Shown: piece by piece, positions 32,264 through 45,545 of the stretch
Position numbering within the stretch: the first letter of the stretch is position 1
Layout of the letters: each line of letters opens with the position of its first letter
DNA from: Corallochytrium limacisporum Hawaii
Lineage: Eukaryota; Protista; Pluriformea
DNA length: 64,000 nt
NCBI GenBank assembly: GCA_002811645.1
Contig: PDIP01000073.1
Coordinates: 167,524 to 231,523, forward strand
Direction: 5' to 3'
The notes under the pieces: model-generated
Database searches by the model: none
Told to the model about the DNA's origin: nothing
The model's input: the letters and a program-made list of their open reading frames with translations, nothing else
Program-made: the position numbers and the translations under genes

Positions 32264-33424
32264 ATGAGTGGAATGGAGTGTTTTATCAGATTCATACAAT
32301 CGTGCGGTGCCACGGGTAAAGAAAACTTAAAAGCTCGCTCTCAGAGAAGAATCCCGAGAACCATGTCCAAAGTGTCGGACTTCGCTATTGAGGCCCCCCA
32401 GACAGCCCTGGTCGTGAGCAATTCGGTCGCAGCAGACCACTGGGCTGCCACTGACATCACCAAGCAGGCACTGGAGGGGTTGTTTGAATATCTACGTACC
32501 AATGTCCATAACAATAAACTGTACGAGGTTACCCGCGAGCGGAAAAAGCTACAGGCGATCAAGAGGAGGAAGCGCAAGTATCAAGAGACTTTGGTTGGAC
32601 CTTCTGCGGATATCTGTGACGATATGTTATCCATGGCTGTGAACTTTGTAAAGGAGACCATCGGCGAAGCTGCGTGGGCCGTCCGCAATCTGGTAGATCC
32701 CGTGGATCCGACCCCTGCCAGCGTAAAGGCTGACAGAGTGGTGGATAACTTCATTCAGGAGGCCCAGATGGTCCACGACTACGCCGTCAGCTGCGACCCG
32801 GCACAGTCACACAGGCATAACCGTATGTTTAGGCCAATTCATTCGGTTGGCGACATCGGCCTGGACACGATAATGCCCTGCGAAGATCAGCCCGCTCGCA
32901 AACGGTCGAAGCGTACTGCAGGAACTCCGGGCGCTGGCGCCCAGCAGGAAGTGCCAATCGAGAGCACTAATCCTGAAGCAAATGGGGCCACCCTCAAGGA
33001 GCGAGTTGAAAACCAGAGCGAGGCCCGCATCGCCGTTCTGGCTGCCATTCGTGAGCGGTCGACCATCGTCGCATCGTCCCGTGTGCCTGTGCCTCCTCCG
33101 CTTCCTCCGATGACAAAGCAGCAGAAATCGCAGGTCAAGAAAAAGACGTCAGGAAAGAAGGGCAGCAAGAAGAGCAAAAGGCAGAGCATCAGCAACAGCA
33201 GTAGCAAAGGTATCAGTGTTGGCATGGCAGCTGTCTTTCACGACATCACCAACCGTGGTGTAAACCTGCGCAAGATCGAGACCCCGAAAACTCGTGCCGC
33301 GAAGAAAAAGTCCTCTAAGAAGGCCGGCTCCGTCGGGCCCACGCCCGCCAAGGGATCATCGCTTCACGAGGTGCTGAAGCATGCACTCAAGAAGCGGGCC
33401 AAGACCATGGCAGCCAGTCCCTGA
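32264..33424 (+). CDS. Hypothetical protein with polyproline, WH2-like and WASP 'C'-like C-terminal motifs (alternative start 32363)
   Basis: 386-aa ORF containing PVPPPLPP, AVFHDITNRGVNLRKI (WH2 helix plus LRKI) and SLHEVLKHALKKRAKTM. Confidence 0.65.
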   Translation: MSGMECFIRFIQSCGATGKENLKARSQRRIPRTMSKVSDFAIEAPQTALVVSNSVAADHWAATDITKQALEGLFEYLRTNVHNNKLYEVTRERKKLQAIKRRKRKYQETLVGPSADICDDMLSMAVNFVKETIGEAAWAVRNLVDPVDPTPASVKADRVVDNFIQEAQMVHDYAVSCDPAQSHRHNRMFRPIHSVGDIGLDTIMPCEDQPARKRSKRTAGTPGAGAQQEVPIESTNPEANGATLKERVENQSEARIAVLAAIRERSTIVASSRVPVPPPLPPMTKQQKSQVKKKTSGKKGSKKSKRQSISNSSSKGISVGMAAVFHDITNRGVNLRKIETPKTRAAKKKSSKKAGSVGPTPAKGSSLHEVLKHALKKRAKTMAASP

Positions 33425-33736
33425 ACACAGTGTCCGCCAACCGTGCCATTTAGAAGGGTCAAACAGATCTCAACTTAAAGCCATCATGATCCGTTATGTT
33501 CCAAATCACCCATCGGTACTGTGCCCGCATGCTGTAAGCCTGCCCAATACTGAATACAAAAGACATCGAGAAACATGATATTAAGGGCAGGAGATTGATG
33601 AAATCATTATATAAACGAGAACTTGATGGAGGTCTTCTTCAGCAAATGACAGTTGTCACGCACTACACTCCGGTCACACTAAATCGAGGTGTGAATATCA
33701 CGCAAAACGTATGTGATGTTCACTTGTCAGCCAAAC

Positions 33737-34384
<648 letters not shown>

Positions 34385-35116
34385 TTATAAGGAGGGCTAG
34401 ATATGTCTATGCACCCTACTAGAGTTGGATTGTCTTTACAAAAATAGACCAGTGAATGGCACGTAAACCATACTCCTTAATACCATTGACACTTGGGTCA
34501 CGGGGACTGAGAGATATGGAGCAACAAAATTGGCCCAGCGACCAAACCAATGAGCCCCCAAGTCAGAGAGCCCCCAGACTTATCCTCAAGTCCCGGTACC
34601 TTCCGGACCGCTTTCCGTTACCCGCGGAGCCGGAGTAACCCCCGCCTATCAGACCTGGCTGAAACAAGGGGTGCTACCAAGACACATACAAAGAACGCGA
34701 AACTAATGTCAATACAAATAATATAAAGCTGAGCAAGGGCAAACTATATGGGACCTATTTCATCCTTGTGCTCCCGACCACCTTGACTCAGTCCCTTTAC
34801 CATTCCAACAGTCAGTCTCTCTTCCTCCTTTGCTGATTTGTCCCAGTTTTAGATTGATAGCGCTCATAACGGGACTACTGGAGATGTCGCAGAGAGTGGG
34901 GAGGACCCGCAAACGCACCAGATAAAGTCGCATGCACGCTCCAAACCTGCAGCACTACCACCGGGCAGGGAGCGGGTGTATCGGTGAGAAAAAAAAAACT
35001 CTCCCCATCCTGCAGCTATTTTTGGGGCAGTGGAACTACGTTCAATGGCTGAGAACGGTTGCGAAGTTGTGGCTGCCCCCGCCGTTCCCCCGGCTTTGCT
35101 TTCCCGCCCCCCCCCC

Positions 35117-35454
35117 NNNNNNNNNNNNNNNNNNNNNNNNNNNNNNNNNNNNNNNNNNNNNNNNNNNNNNNNNNNNNNNNNNNNNNNNNNNNNNNNNNNN
35201 NNNNNNNNNNNNNNNNNNNNNNNNNNNNNNNNNNNNNNNNNNNNNNNNNNNNNNNNNNNNNNNNNNNNNNNNNNNNNNNNNNNNNNNNNNNNNNNNNNNN
35301 NNNNNNNNNNNNNNNNNNNNNNNNNNNNNNNNNNNNNNNNNNNNNNNNNNNNNNNNNNNNNNNNNNNNNNNNNNNNNNNNNNNNNNNNNNNNNNNNNNNN
35401 NNNNNNNNNNNNNNNNNNNNNNNNNNNNNNNNNNNNNNNNNNNNNNNNNNNNNN

Positions 35455-35488
<34 letters not shown>
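35117..35488. other. Assembly gap (35117-35454) bounded by poly-C and an (AG)n microsatellite (35455-35488)
   Basis: N run flanked by a C tract and (AG)17. Confidence 0.98.
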
Positions 35489-35491
<3 letters not shown>

Positions 35492-36358
35492 TCTTGTAGT
35501 GTGGTTCCGCCGAGTGTTCCCTCCCCGGAGGGGGGGGGTTGTCGTTGGACAGGAGTCTTAGGACGCGCGCGAAAACGGAGGATTTCGAACTAAACACGGC
35601 GATGCGTTCACGATACGGGCGGGAGGAAGGTGGTGTTGGTCCGCAAGCCGTTCACCGGCCGCCATTCATCGTCCTTTTATTTCAGAGGGCTCATTTACTT
35701 ATGAGCGCATTTAGCTATAAACCTGGCGGAGAAGAGTGGGCCCTGTGTCCGGGAGTGTAAAACGGAAAAAACAATATGACATGAATGTGCGGGGGGTCTA
35801 ATATAATATACGTTTAATAGAAACTTTGAAATTAAGGAAACACACACAAATCCGAGTCTTCCCGAACAGAACACACAAAAGAGGAACGAAAAAAATGAGA
35901 GGTGCGGGACCCCGGAGAAAATTTGAGAATTTAATGGTTCCAATGCCGGCCAAGAACATGGTCCCATTTGAATATTGAATGAACTGAAAATCAGGAACAT
36001 TCGTCTTCTTATGATAAATGAACTAAAAAGTGTCGCTCTGGGTACATTACGTATTAGTGTGAGCAGCCCATGGTCTGTTCGCGCGGCCTCAATGTACTAG
36101 AACAACTCGAACAGGCTGCGAGCATACGCCTACTGCAGGGCACCGGGCCATTTGCAAGAGGCAGATCGTAAGCCTATGTATGGTGCAGAGAAGAGCAAAC
36201 TGCTGCTGCTGGCGAGGTTGTATTACTGGTTGATAGCTCTATACTACTATTATCATGGCAAAGACACAATAATTGTCCTCCAACATATTTAAGACCGGGT
36301 ACTTGAATCTGTTGAAATACTTACCAGAATATAAGCATAGTCTTCATCGGGATAGTAA

Positions 36359-36832
<474 letters not shown>

Positions 36833-37227
36833 GTTTTGAATCGTTTTGACTTGACAATCCTTGGGTTTCGAAGTACTAGAATCAAGGGGCTCGGGGAACG
36901 ACGTTTGGACAACGTGAGAATGAGATTTATCTGATACAACATGCTATCACATGGGTTGAATTCTTCAGTTCTGAGACCCTTGGATGTCATGCTTGCATGA
37001 TCTTTGAAGCTCTTTCTCAAATTGTGAACACTTACCGTCGCACAAGACACAAGACCACATATGTTTTTCCATCTTCACATTAACATGTTATTTTTTCAAA
37101 CCTAAAGAGTTTTTCCAAGAATCCCTATGGATTCCGTAGCATATCAATCACATAAATGATTTAGTAATCTAACAACATCGTTGGCGTTCAATTTGTGTTG
37201 TACCATAAAAAATGTCGAATCCTCAGC

Positions 37228-37941
37228 CTATGACTTGGCCGTGAAGACGTGATTGACTTCTGTACCAGCCTGCACGAACGTGTTGTACAGTGGACAACGA
37301 GCCTCGACCTGCTTGCGTAGTTCGGTGATCTTGGTAGCATCACTAATCTCCATTGTAGCTGTTATGTCGGCCTGCGTGACGTGCTTCGGAGGTTCGGGGT
37401 CGCCCATTAGAGCAGGCATGCTGAAGCGCAGTGTCACATCCCAGTCGATCTTGCCCACCTTGATGCCAAGTTCATTGGCACAGACCATGACCTATTTACA
37501 AAGGAAAAGGTTATAAGGAATTTAAGGATGTCAGTATCAACCGCTCATGTGCAGGGACCAAGGTCCTTACCATAAAACTTAGAGAAACCTAGCATACTTA
37601 CCACGACCTGTTCGCAGGCGGCGAGACTACCTGCAAATCCAGAAACAGGGTCCGCTCCTGTCTCCGCACCGCCCATCTCTTTGGGTTCATCATGGTTCCA
37701 TCTGTACATTGAAGAAGATGAAGGAAATCCTGTTAGTATGTATGATACCAAACGGTCAACGAACAAGGGATCGGTGTACTTACTTGTACTTTCCAGCCTC
37801 CACAACGGTTGTCATACCCACACCGGTGGCCTTGATTGTGACCGGAGTAGTTTCGCTGGCAGAAGCGTACGAACGGCTAGCAAAGCGAGGGATAGGCTTG
37901 GGAATGCGCAGGGGCAGTCTTGTTGTTGCAAAGCGAAGCAT
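37228..37941 (-). CDS. OsmC/Ohr-family protein with mitochondrial-type presequence, three exons (37941-37784, 37701-37602, 37491-37228), 173 aa
   Basis: Spliced product has DEPKEMGGAETGADP, SLAAC (first Cys) and VEARCPLYNT (second Cys). Introns 37702-37783 (GTAAGT..TACTAAC..CAG) and 37492-37601 (GTAAGT..TACTGAC..TAG) keep the frame. The N-terminus is Arg-rich and lacks acidic residues. Confidence 0.9.
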
Positions 37942-39010
37942 GGTTTTGTTCTTGGATTTGTCAACTGTCCCAAGGGGCAAACTTGATCTGTGCATCCTCT
38001 TCCTTGCGTATGTGTGGACTTCTTCAATCTCTCAACTACCTTCATGACCCATCAAGGATCATCCAGCACGATTCTATGCCAGGGCCACCCATAAGTAAAC
38101 TCATCTCTTTCTAAGTCACATCATCACCTTGCCCGCACTGATTCCGTCATCTCGATACAGATCCAGTATCGTGAACAAGGTTCTACCGTTTGGGGCCATA
38201 CCCAATGGCCTGAGGGAGTTTGGGAGCCAAATTTTTCAAACAGGAAGATCGAATTTGCTAGATCGGGAGGGAGGGGGAACCGTAGGGACGGCCGGTTTGC
38301 CTGCGGACGGAGCCTCTGGTGGTGGGGGTATTGCCCTGCGGACCTGTTCGGCCTGGCACTTTCTTCATCAACCAGGACTGCAGTTTCAAGTCTCTGACTT
38401 TGCTTAGTACATAAGGCTTTTGTGAACTGTGGTTTGTATCGTAAAGAGGACAGATGGGGTCATGGTAAGTTCGGAGCAAAGTGCCGCATTAAGAGCCTGA
38501 CGGTCTGTGTAATCGGGGGATGCGCAATAGTCTCTCTGGGCTTGCCGCTTGTGATGCTGTAGCAGTATGGTAACAATGTTCTCTCCATTTGACATTGAGC
38601 AAGATGAAATCGGTTGGTATTGTCTGGTACGGGTTTTCTATCCTTTGAGAAAGCACTGAAGCAGCAGATCACGTTCAGAACTGCCTCCGATAAACCACAA
38701 AACGAAGTATCGCATGTCCTGCGTGTACCCCAGAGCAAACGGGATAGATGAAATTAGCCGCGGCGGAGTTCCGTGAAAGTGTACCACTGAGCATGTCCAC
38801 GGACTGACCGGTAGCCGCTGCACGAGTGTCTGATAGTACAGAGCGGCATGAGAAGAGAGAGGCATTCGAACAACTGGACCCCTCGCAAGTAAAGAACAAA
38901 CTGTTACAGAATGTGATCGGTGTGTATGTCAATTATGTGGAAATGTTGATGATCATGTTGCATGTCAATTTGAAGGATTTTTCATACGTTTGAGTTTTAC
39001 AAGCGGTTCC

Positions 39011-39766
39011 CTATGCAAAACTATACGTCGCTGACTGATACCCCCGTTGAATGTCTGGCCGCATCACTAGCAACTGGAATGGTGTGCTCTGTTTGTCGAA
39101 GTAGTAGCCTGTGATCTGCCCGGTGCGACGGTGGAAGCAAATGTAATAGAATCCAGCAATGGTCAAATTGCATTCTTCATGGCAGTCCACAAAGTACTTC
39201 TCCTTCCAGCGCATGTAAATGTACGGACAATTGTCCATGTCTACTTTGACTGATTCCGGGTGCTTCATCTTCTTGCGGAAATACTGCTTCCATCCTTTGA
39301 GCTTGCTCCAGTATGCATGGTCGTCGGCCCGTTCGGCGCCAAAGTTGCGGGTGTAGAATCCTTCCCAGTCCTGGATGATCTCTCCCTCCCAAAAGGTACG
39401 TACGGCCTTGGACATCCGTGGTACATTGCAGGCTTCCATGGTACCAGAGATGAGCCCAGTCTCAGGATCCACCGACAGGATTTCTGTTTTGACGTGCCAT
39501 TCTTCTCTCCCTGATCGGTCAATCTCACAGCTCTGTACTCCGATGAATTTGGTGCCGGCCTCGAGTAACGAAGACGGAGCGCGTTTTGTGCCGGTGCAGG
39601 GTCGTGCACTCGGCACCATTGCAGCACACCGAGGGCTCAGTGTGTATGTACCGCCCACAGTCAGCGGCTTATGCCGCGCCTGCCACTGAAGTGCTTTTAC
39701 AGTTGGCATACTTGAACTCCCTTTACGTCTACCTTTCCCAACTGTTCTGTATGATCTACTTTTCAC
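39011..39766 (-). CDS. GID4: GID/CTLH complex substrate receptor Gid4 (Vid24)
   Basis: SLL..G.KF.G.Q, W.V, TFWEGEII, D..YWSKL, YIYMRWKEKYFV, LTIAGFYYICF...TG.I.GYYFD..S.PFQ.L and an aromatic C-terminal anchor (YSFA). Confidence 0.95.
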   Translation of the reverse strand: MKSRSYRTVGKGRRKGSSSMPTVKALQWQARHKPLTVGGTYTLSPRCAAMVPSARPCTGTKRAPSSLLEAGTKFIGVQSCEIDRSGREEWHVKTEILSVDPETGLISGTMEACNVPRMSKAVRTFWEGEIIQDWEGFYTRNFGAERADDHAYWSKLKGWKQYFRKKMKHPESVKVDMDNCPYIYMRWKEKYFVDCHEECNLTIAGFYYICFHRRTGQITGYYFDKQSTPFQLLVMRPDIQRGYQSATYSFA

Positions 39767-40882
39767 TCATAATATCCATCGGGTATGCGAGTTTCTTCCC
39801 TTGACTACCAGTCCTCTTTGATCGGTCTGTCCCGTGTCCTCTCCACGTTCCTTGTTGTCAGGCGTGTTTCTAGAAACCAGAATCCTTTCGAATTCTCGCA
39901 ACTCCTTATCTTTTTCGCTGGCCCAGGATACCGTTCTTCCGGCAACTTTTGGTCTCATTTGTGCCGTCGTTTAGACATCAACGACGGGGTCATCGCTGCA
40001 CCGAGCTCAACCACGGAGTGGCATCTTCCCTTACGCTCTCGCAACCATACGCGCCGCCGCTCGCAAATCGCTGTGGGGTTCCCTCTCGACTCCCTCCTCT
40101 TTTGCAGCCCGGCCCCCCCGCAAGCACTCCATTTCGGGCTAAAAGTGCAGCCATTTTTTACACGCTTTGGCGAAATCTTTGTGTTTCGACCTCCCTTCCA
40201 CATTTTTTGATACCTCCCCTCCCTCTCTCTCCCCCAATTGGGCGGGTCATGACCGGCCGCACGCTAGCCAAGCATATTTCATCAATTTCTCATAGATCCC
40301 TTCTTCGCTTATCACACGTATTGGATACTAAATATACAGTAAAGAACGACAAACATGCATAAATAGCGATCGAATGGCCTTGAACCCGACTCATCAACTC
40401 TTACTTGCTGCGATGGACGGTCTCACTTTTCTTCTCTTCTTCTCTTCTTCCCTGTCTCTCTCTATGCAACTCTCTTCCCCTGCACCTCCCTCCCCTCCCC
40501 TCCTTGGCGGGCCCCTTTCTCCCCCCTCCCCCCGACGGGCGGTGGCGAAGGGGCGGGGGCCGGTTGTCGTACCCTCCCCTTCCCCCTTCCCCCCCCCACT
40601 CCTTGTTCACCCAATATCGCGGTTGATCATTTGATCCCTACCCGGTACGTGCCCAAAGAAAACAAAAAAAAAAAGGAAGGGAGAAAAAAGTCCAGCTGAC
40701 CTTGTCAGCGAAAAAAATTGGGAGCGACCACAGAGAGAGCAAAAAAAAAAGAAGGGGTATGTTAAATTCTGAAAAAAAAAGAAGACAGGAAAATAAATAA
40801 ATTAGTAAAACCCGGGGCCTCCCCAACCAAAAGAAGGGATCCGATATTAAAAAAAAATGGCAAAGCGAAACCCTTTGCGGAG

Positions 40883-40974
<92 letters not shown>
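40883..40974 (+). repeat. (GACA)n tetranucleotide microsatellite
   Basis: About 23 perfect GACA units within a polypurine/poly-A region. Confidence 0.97.
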
Positions 40975-43554
40975 GGGAGAGAAGGAGAGAGAGAACAGAG
41001 CGCTGCAACCGACAAAGGAGGCAAGGAACACACAAAATGATCCGACAGGAAACACCAAAAAAAAGGCCCGAGAAAGGGAAGAAAAACAGAAAAAGGAAAG
41101 GGGCAAAAGCCGCTCCTCCTCCCTCGCACCAAGAGAAACAGTGCCCAAATACGAAATCACCCAGCGCCGCGCGGACCAGGGAACAGTCCGGCGCAGAAAA
41201 ACCACCGCCCACTGATACCCGCCTATCATTGCCACCCACACTCCGGGGAGTTGTAAACCTTTTTCCTCTGACCACGTACGTACCACCAATACCAACCCTC
41301 TCTCACACCCAGCTCGAAGAGTTTATGGCAACCAGGAGACGAAGACCTCGACAGCACACCGCACATCAGCTCCTCAATATGGCTCGGCCCATAGTTTTAC
41401 CATAGGACTCCTCGGACTCTCGACCGGTTTGGAGGACCGTGTCGTGCATATGTCTGCATACTTGGTCTGCAGCCATTTGTAGTAGGGAAGATGGTAGCAC
41501 CGGTGATAGTGAATGGGGAGCACAGGAGCTCTAATTAAATTGCCATACATTCAGTACCTACAGGCTCGGATTCGCAGCGACAAAGGAGACAAAAATTTTT
41601 TAATTGGGGGCTGCTCGTAGGTGACAGTAGGAGACTCCAGGGGTCCCCCTCCGCCGCGGGCATCCACAGCGCAGTTACAGCTGATGTTGTAGAAGACGCA
41701 AGAGGAGACATGGACGAGAAACAACTTGGTAGTGGTAGTGACCAATATCTCCAGTGAGTCTTTGTGTGCGTGGTGGTGGCTTGCAAGCATGGTAGGGGAC
41801 GGTATTGCACCTTGTTCTGTGCGTGCTATCCGGATTCCGTCCGGTGTGATCCTCGGATGCGAATCATCCTGCGATACACACCCTTCCCTCCCCTTTTTTG
41901 CCCTACCCCCTCCCCATCTCTCTCTCTCTCCCCCTCTTCCTTCCTCGCTCTCTCCTCCTCCTCCCCCCCTTCTTCTCTTCTTGTTTTCCTCCGGGCAACA
42001 AGAAGTAAGCAGCGGTGAAACTAACCAATAGCAACCAATCGATTTTATTTATTGTTTTCTTTGCTGGTTCTTGTTTGGGTCCTGTTCTTCATAGCTGCAG
42101 CGGCAGCGGCAGCCGCAGGCACAGAAGTCCCTTCCCTTCCAAACACGGACATGAGAGTGGTAGAGAGAACCCCCGGCTCGGGTCCTTCCTTTATCTTGCA
42201 CGTTCCGTCGTCATTCGTTGAAATATTGTCCATAATAGATCAATTATTAGACTGCCATTGGCTTTGCTACGTTACCAACGGATAGGGTGATACAATTGAT
42301 TACTAAGTCAGAAAAGTTTATGTGCTGATGAGACTGACCCCCCGGATGGAGTGGGTTCGTAATGCCTCCGAATCTCATAGTGAATGTAGCGATGACGGAG
42401 GGCGGTCTCCAAGACGGCAAAAAAAAAAAAGAGGCAGAGCAATCTGCAAGAAACAAAAGAGAACAAGAGAATTGCTCGTATACTCAATTTTCCCGCCAGA
42501 ATTCGGGCAGCCAGCAAAGGTAATCGCTAGGCAGAAATATCCAGTCGAGTCAGGTAGGTAGGGTAGGGGTAGCAGGGGTGAAACCCATCGAAAAAAAGGA
42601 AAATAAAACACCCTATTCGTTGCAGAGAGATTGGCCGGGCGACGTATTGGAGACCGGCTCTCTCCTCTCATGGGCCAGCCAACCGCGGACCCCAAACAAC
42701 AATCGGCGAAATATAGACTCCCGAATTGTGAAATTTTAGAAAACGCCATTCTCAAGTATATTAAATATATTTTCAAGGTCCCAAGCTTCACCCCGGCTTT
42801 CTCCAGTGACCCGCCTGTGGGCAGTAAGGACATTTGAAGGCTCCCCGGGACAGTAGTCGGCTTTCGTGAGTGGAGTTTCCCCAGGTATGGCACTCATCTT
42901 GATACCAGTACATGGATGTCTTTCACATGTATTCAAGACCAACACAACCGCCTATTCCATGGCTAAGTCTAGCCACATTGACCTGATAGTTCAGCAAGGT
43001 CGTTTTCATGCTGGACTGACGGCAATGTCATGACTTCATGGTTGACCACGCTTCCAGCTTTCCTGAGTGCCAAACGTAATCGTGTTACAGACTACCGATA
43101 CAGAACATAACTAAGAAAAGAAATTGATCTTCTAGAAGCCAATGAGGCTAGAGAACATGGCGTGGTGGAGAATGCGAAGAGGAACGGGAAAGTGGAGCAG
43201 GCGGCGAATCTATTGCGAAGTCATGAACGGATTCAGGAGAGAATGTCCTCTCCCCATGTACGGTACGATCCGATAATGACAGTTGACTAACATGTTTCCT
43301 CAAGTGAAAGTGTAGTTCGAAGAACGATTCGAACAAAGGCTGGATGTTTAGTGTGTGCAACTCTTATGAGAATTTCTTACATTTGTTGTGCTGTTGTGGG
43401 ATCACAAACGGTCTAAAAAGACATGCCCGATGTCAACTACGTATGGGACATGTAAATTTTTGAACATGACTTTGCTCCCACCCCGTGATCTTTAGGTGAA
43501 CAGTATCAAGTGTTCATTTTGTGTGTGTGTCTGGCTCTTGGGAATTGTTTTCAT

Positions 43555-44409
43555 CTATCCAATGACAATACGGGTGTCCTCAGCAAAGGTGTACGGAGGT
43601 ACAGCCAGGTTGAGGGGAGCAGGTCCCTTACGGATACGGCCACTGATATCGTAGTGGGAACCGTGGCAAGGGCAGAACCAGCCACCGTAGTCACCAGCTT
43701 CACCAACAGGCACACAACCCAGATGGGTGCATACGCCAATCATGACAAGCCATTCCTGCTGTTCAGCGCGCTCCTTGTCAGTCTCCGGATCACGCAGAGT
43801 GCTTACATCGACAGAGTTGGCCTCAGCAATCTCGTCAGCAGTACGGTGACGGATGAAGATGGGCTTACCGCGCCACTTGAGGACCAGATTCTTACCCTCC
43901 GGAAGATCAGACAGGTCGACCTCGACCTTCGCCAGGGCCAACACATCGGCAGAGGCGCTCATGGTGCTCAGGAACTCAACAACGACGTTCTTGACACTCA
44001 TTGCAGCAAGGGCACCACCGGTACCAGCCATGAAATATGTGAAGGCCCGACGGGTAGGCTCCGAGGATTCCCGCTTGTACTGACTGCGGTCAGGGATGCT
44101 AATTGTGTTGTAGTAAGACTGCTTCTTGGATGTGCCCTTACTGGGGGTGGTGTAGAAGCGGACTTGCGTGGGACTAGTCATGCCCGTTGAAACAGTGAGA
44201 TCCCGCTTAACCTTAGACAGAGGGTTGGAAGTGTTAAAGGTATTGCTCTTGGGCTGGGTGTGGCTCACGGCAGATTGAGCAGTGGGGACCACCATAGCTG
44301 CTGAAGCGTACTTGGGGATTTCGGCCCGAACGTAAGGGCTGCCGACCATCTTGGTGGCATGGCGAGCCACAGATTGGAAGGGCTGCATTGTGGCTTTGAT
44401 TGCGCTCAT
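43555..44409 (-). CDS. UQCRFS1: Mitochondrial cytochrome bc1 Rieske iron-sulfur subunit
   Basis: RRAFTYFM TM anchor, MSASADVLA, KWRGKP.FIRHRT, CTHLGC and CPCHGS Rieske motifs, GPAPLNL. Likely start is MSAIKATMQ at 44409, since the upstream ORF extension is AT-rich and looks non-coding. Confidence 0.97.
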   Translation of the reverse strand: MSAIKATMQPFQSVARHATKMVGSPYVRAEIPKYASAAMVVPTAQSAVSHTQPKSNTFNTSNPLSKVKRDLTVSTGMTSPTQVRFYTTPSKGTSKKQSYYNTISIPDRSQYKRESSEPTRRAFTYFMAGTGGALAAMSVKNVVVEFLSTMSASADVLALAKVEVDLSDLPEGKNLVLKWRGKPIFIRHRTADEIAEANSVDVSTLRDPETDKERAEQQEWLVMIGVCTHLGCVPVGEAGDYGGWFCPCHGSHYDISGRIRKGPAPLNLAVPPYTFAEDTRIVIG

Positions 44410-45367
44410 TTTCGATGCCCGTTGTGTGGTATTTGCGTTATGTATAAACAATATTCCCGGCACGACCCAAACATATGATTTATGTTTACATACAAGGGGA
44501 ACAATGTCAAAAGTACCCTTTGAGAGACAAAGCCGATATTGCAATAATTTTTCCAACCTGATATATCCATTGATGACCATTGATGTACGATACATGCACT
44601 TTTGCTGCCCTTGTGTTTAGGGTCCAGAGACAGCCATTTGCATCACTCGCCGTAGGTTCAATACAAATCTGAGTGCCTGGTCCTTCTCATGTGTGTGTGT
44701 GTGTGTGCCGTGCCCGAGTGGGCCTGCTGCGCCTCTGTTTACGCTGAACCTCTTGCCTGGGGAAAAACGCGTGGTGTGCCACCTCCATTTTCCGGTTCCA
44801 TTCTCCTATACAAAAATAAGGCCACAAACAAAATTTGTCCCAGTTTTTTTTTTTGGGAGACTCAGAGTGGGCTAGCCAGAAAGGTCCCCCCACCCCCCCC
44901 CATCCCCCAAACACACGCCGCGATCACGAGCCCCACCGCCGTACACTGGCCGATAGTGTGGCGCACACATACACACACGGTCGGTCGGTCGGAAGGAGAG
45001 ATTTGTTCGCTTTGTGGCGGCGAGTGGGGGAGAAGGGGAGGAGTGTTAAAAACCAGCGGCAGGTGTTGTGCCTTCAGGCCCCGGGGGGGTCAAGGAAATT
45101 TCAGTGCCTGGCCAAGGAGGTACTAGCACCGGGGGAAGGGTGGGACGATTTTTTTTCTTCGTCCCATGGTCTTCGGCTTTTCGGGGCCTTTTGCTCTGGA
45201 TCCCTTCGGATTTTGTTTACCTCGGTACATTCACCACCGGCACTACAGATCACACCACTTATCAATATACGGATAACCATGAAAAACAGGCCAATTCTGT
45301 CAGTAGTATATATACATATTTTTGGCACTTTTAGCTACCATACTACTTGTATAGTAAGGATTTTTTA

Positions 45368-45440
45368 GTCGCTGTGGCCTAATGGATAAGGCATCGCCCT
45401 CCGGAGGCGGGGATTGAGGGTTCGAGTCCCTTCAGCGACT
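45368..45440 (+). tRNA. tRNA-Arg, anticodon CCG
   Basis: 73-nt cloverleaf: acceptor stem GTCGCTG/CAGCGAC, D-arm TGGCCTAATGGATAAGGC, anticodon arm TCGCC-CTCCGGA-GGCGG, T-arm GAGGG-TTCGAGT-CCCTT. Downstream oligo-T Pol III terminator. No intron and no encoded CCA. Confidence 0.97.
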
Positions 45441-45545
45441 TACTCTTTTATTTTTTTCCACCTCGTCATGAAGACATCCACAATGTGATTCTTTCGGTTA
45501 TCTGTTTCTTCATTTATCTACATTTCTGGCTTGATAGCTCTTTAT

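Noticed and set aside
39770-43550. ORFs over (GACA)n and the polypurine/polypyrimidine tracts
   Set aside because: The translations (RQTD, SVCL repeats) are artefacts of simple repeats.
44410-44595. 62-aa N-terminal extension of the Rieske ORF in the ORF track
   Set aside because: AT-rich and not presequence-like. MSAIKATMQ at 44409 is the more plausible start.
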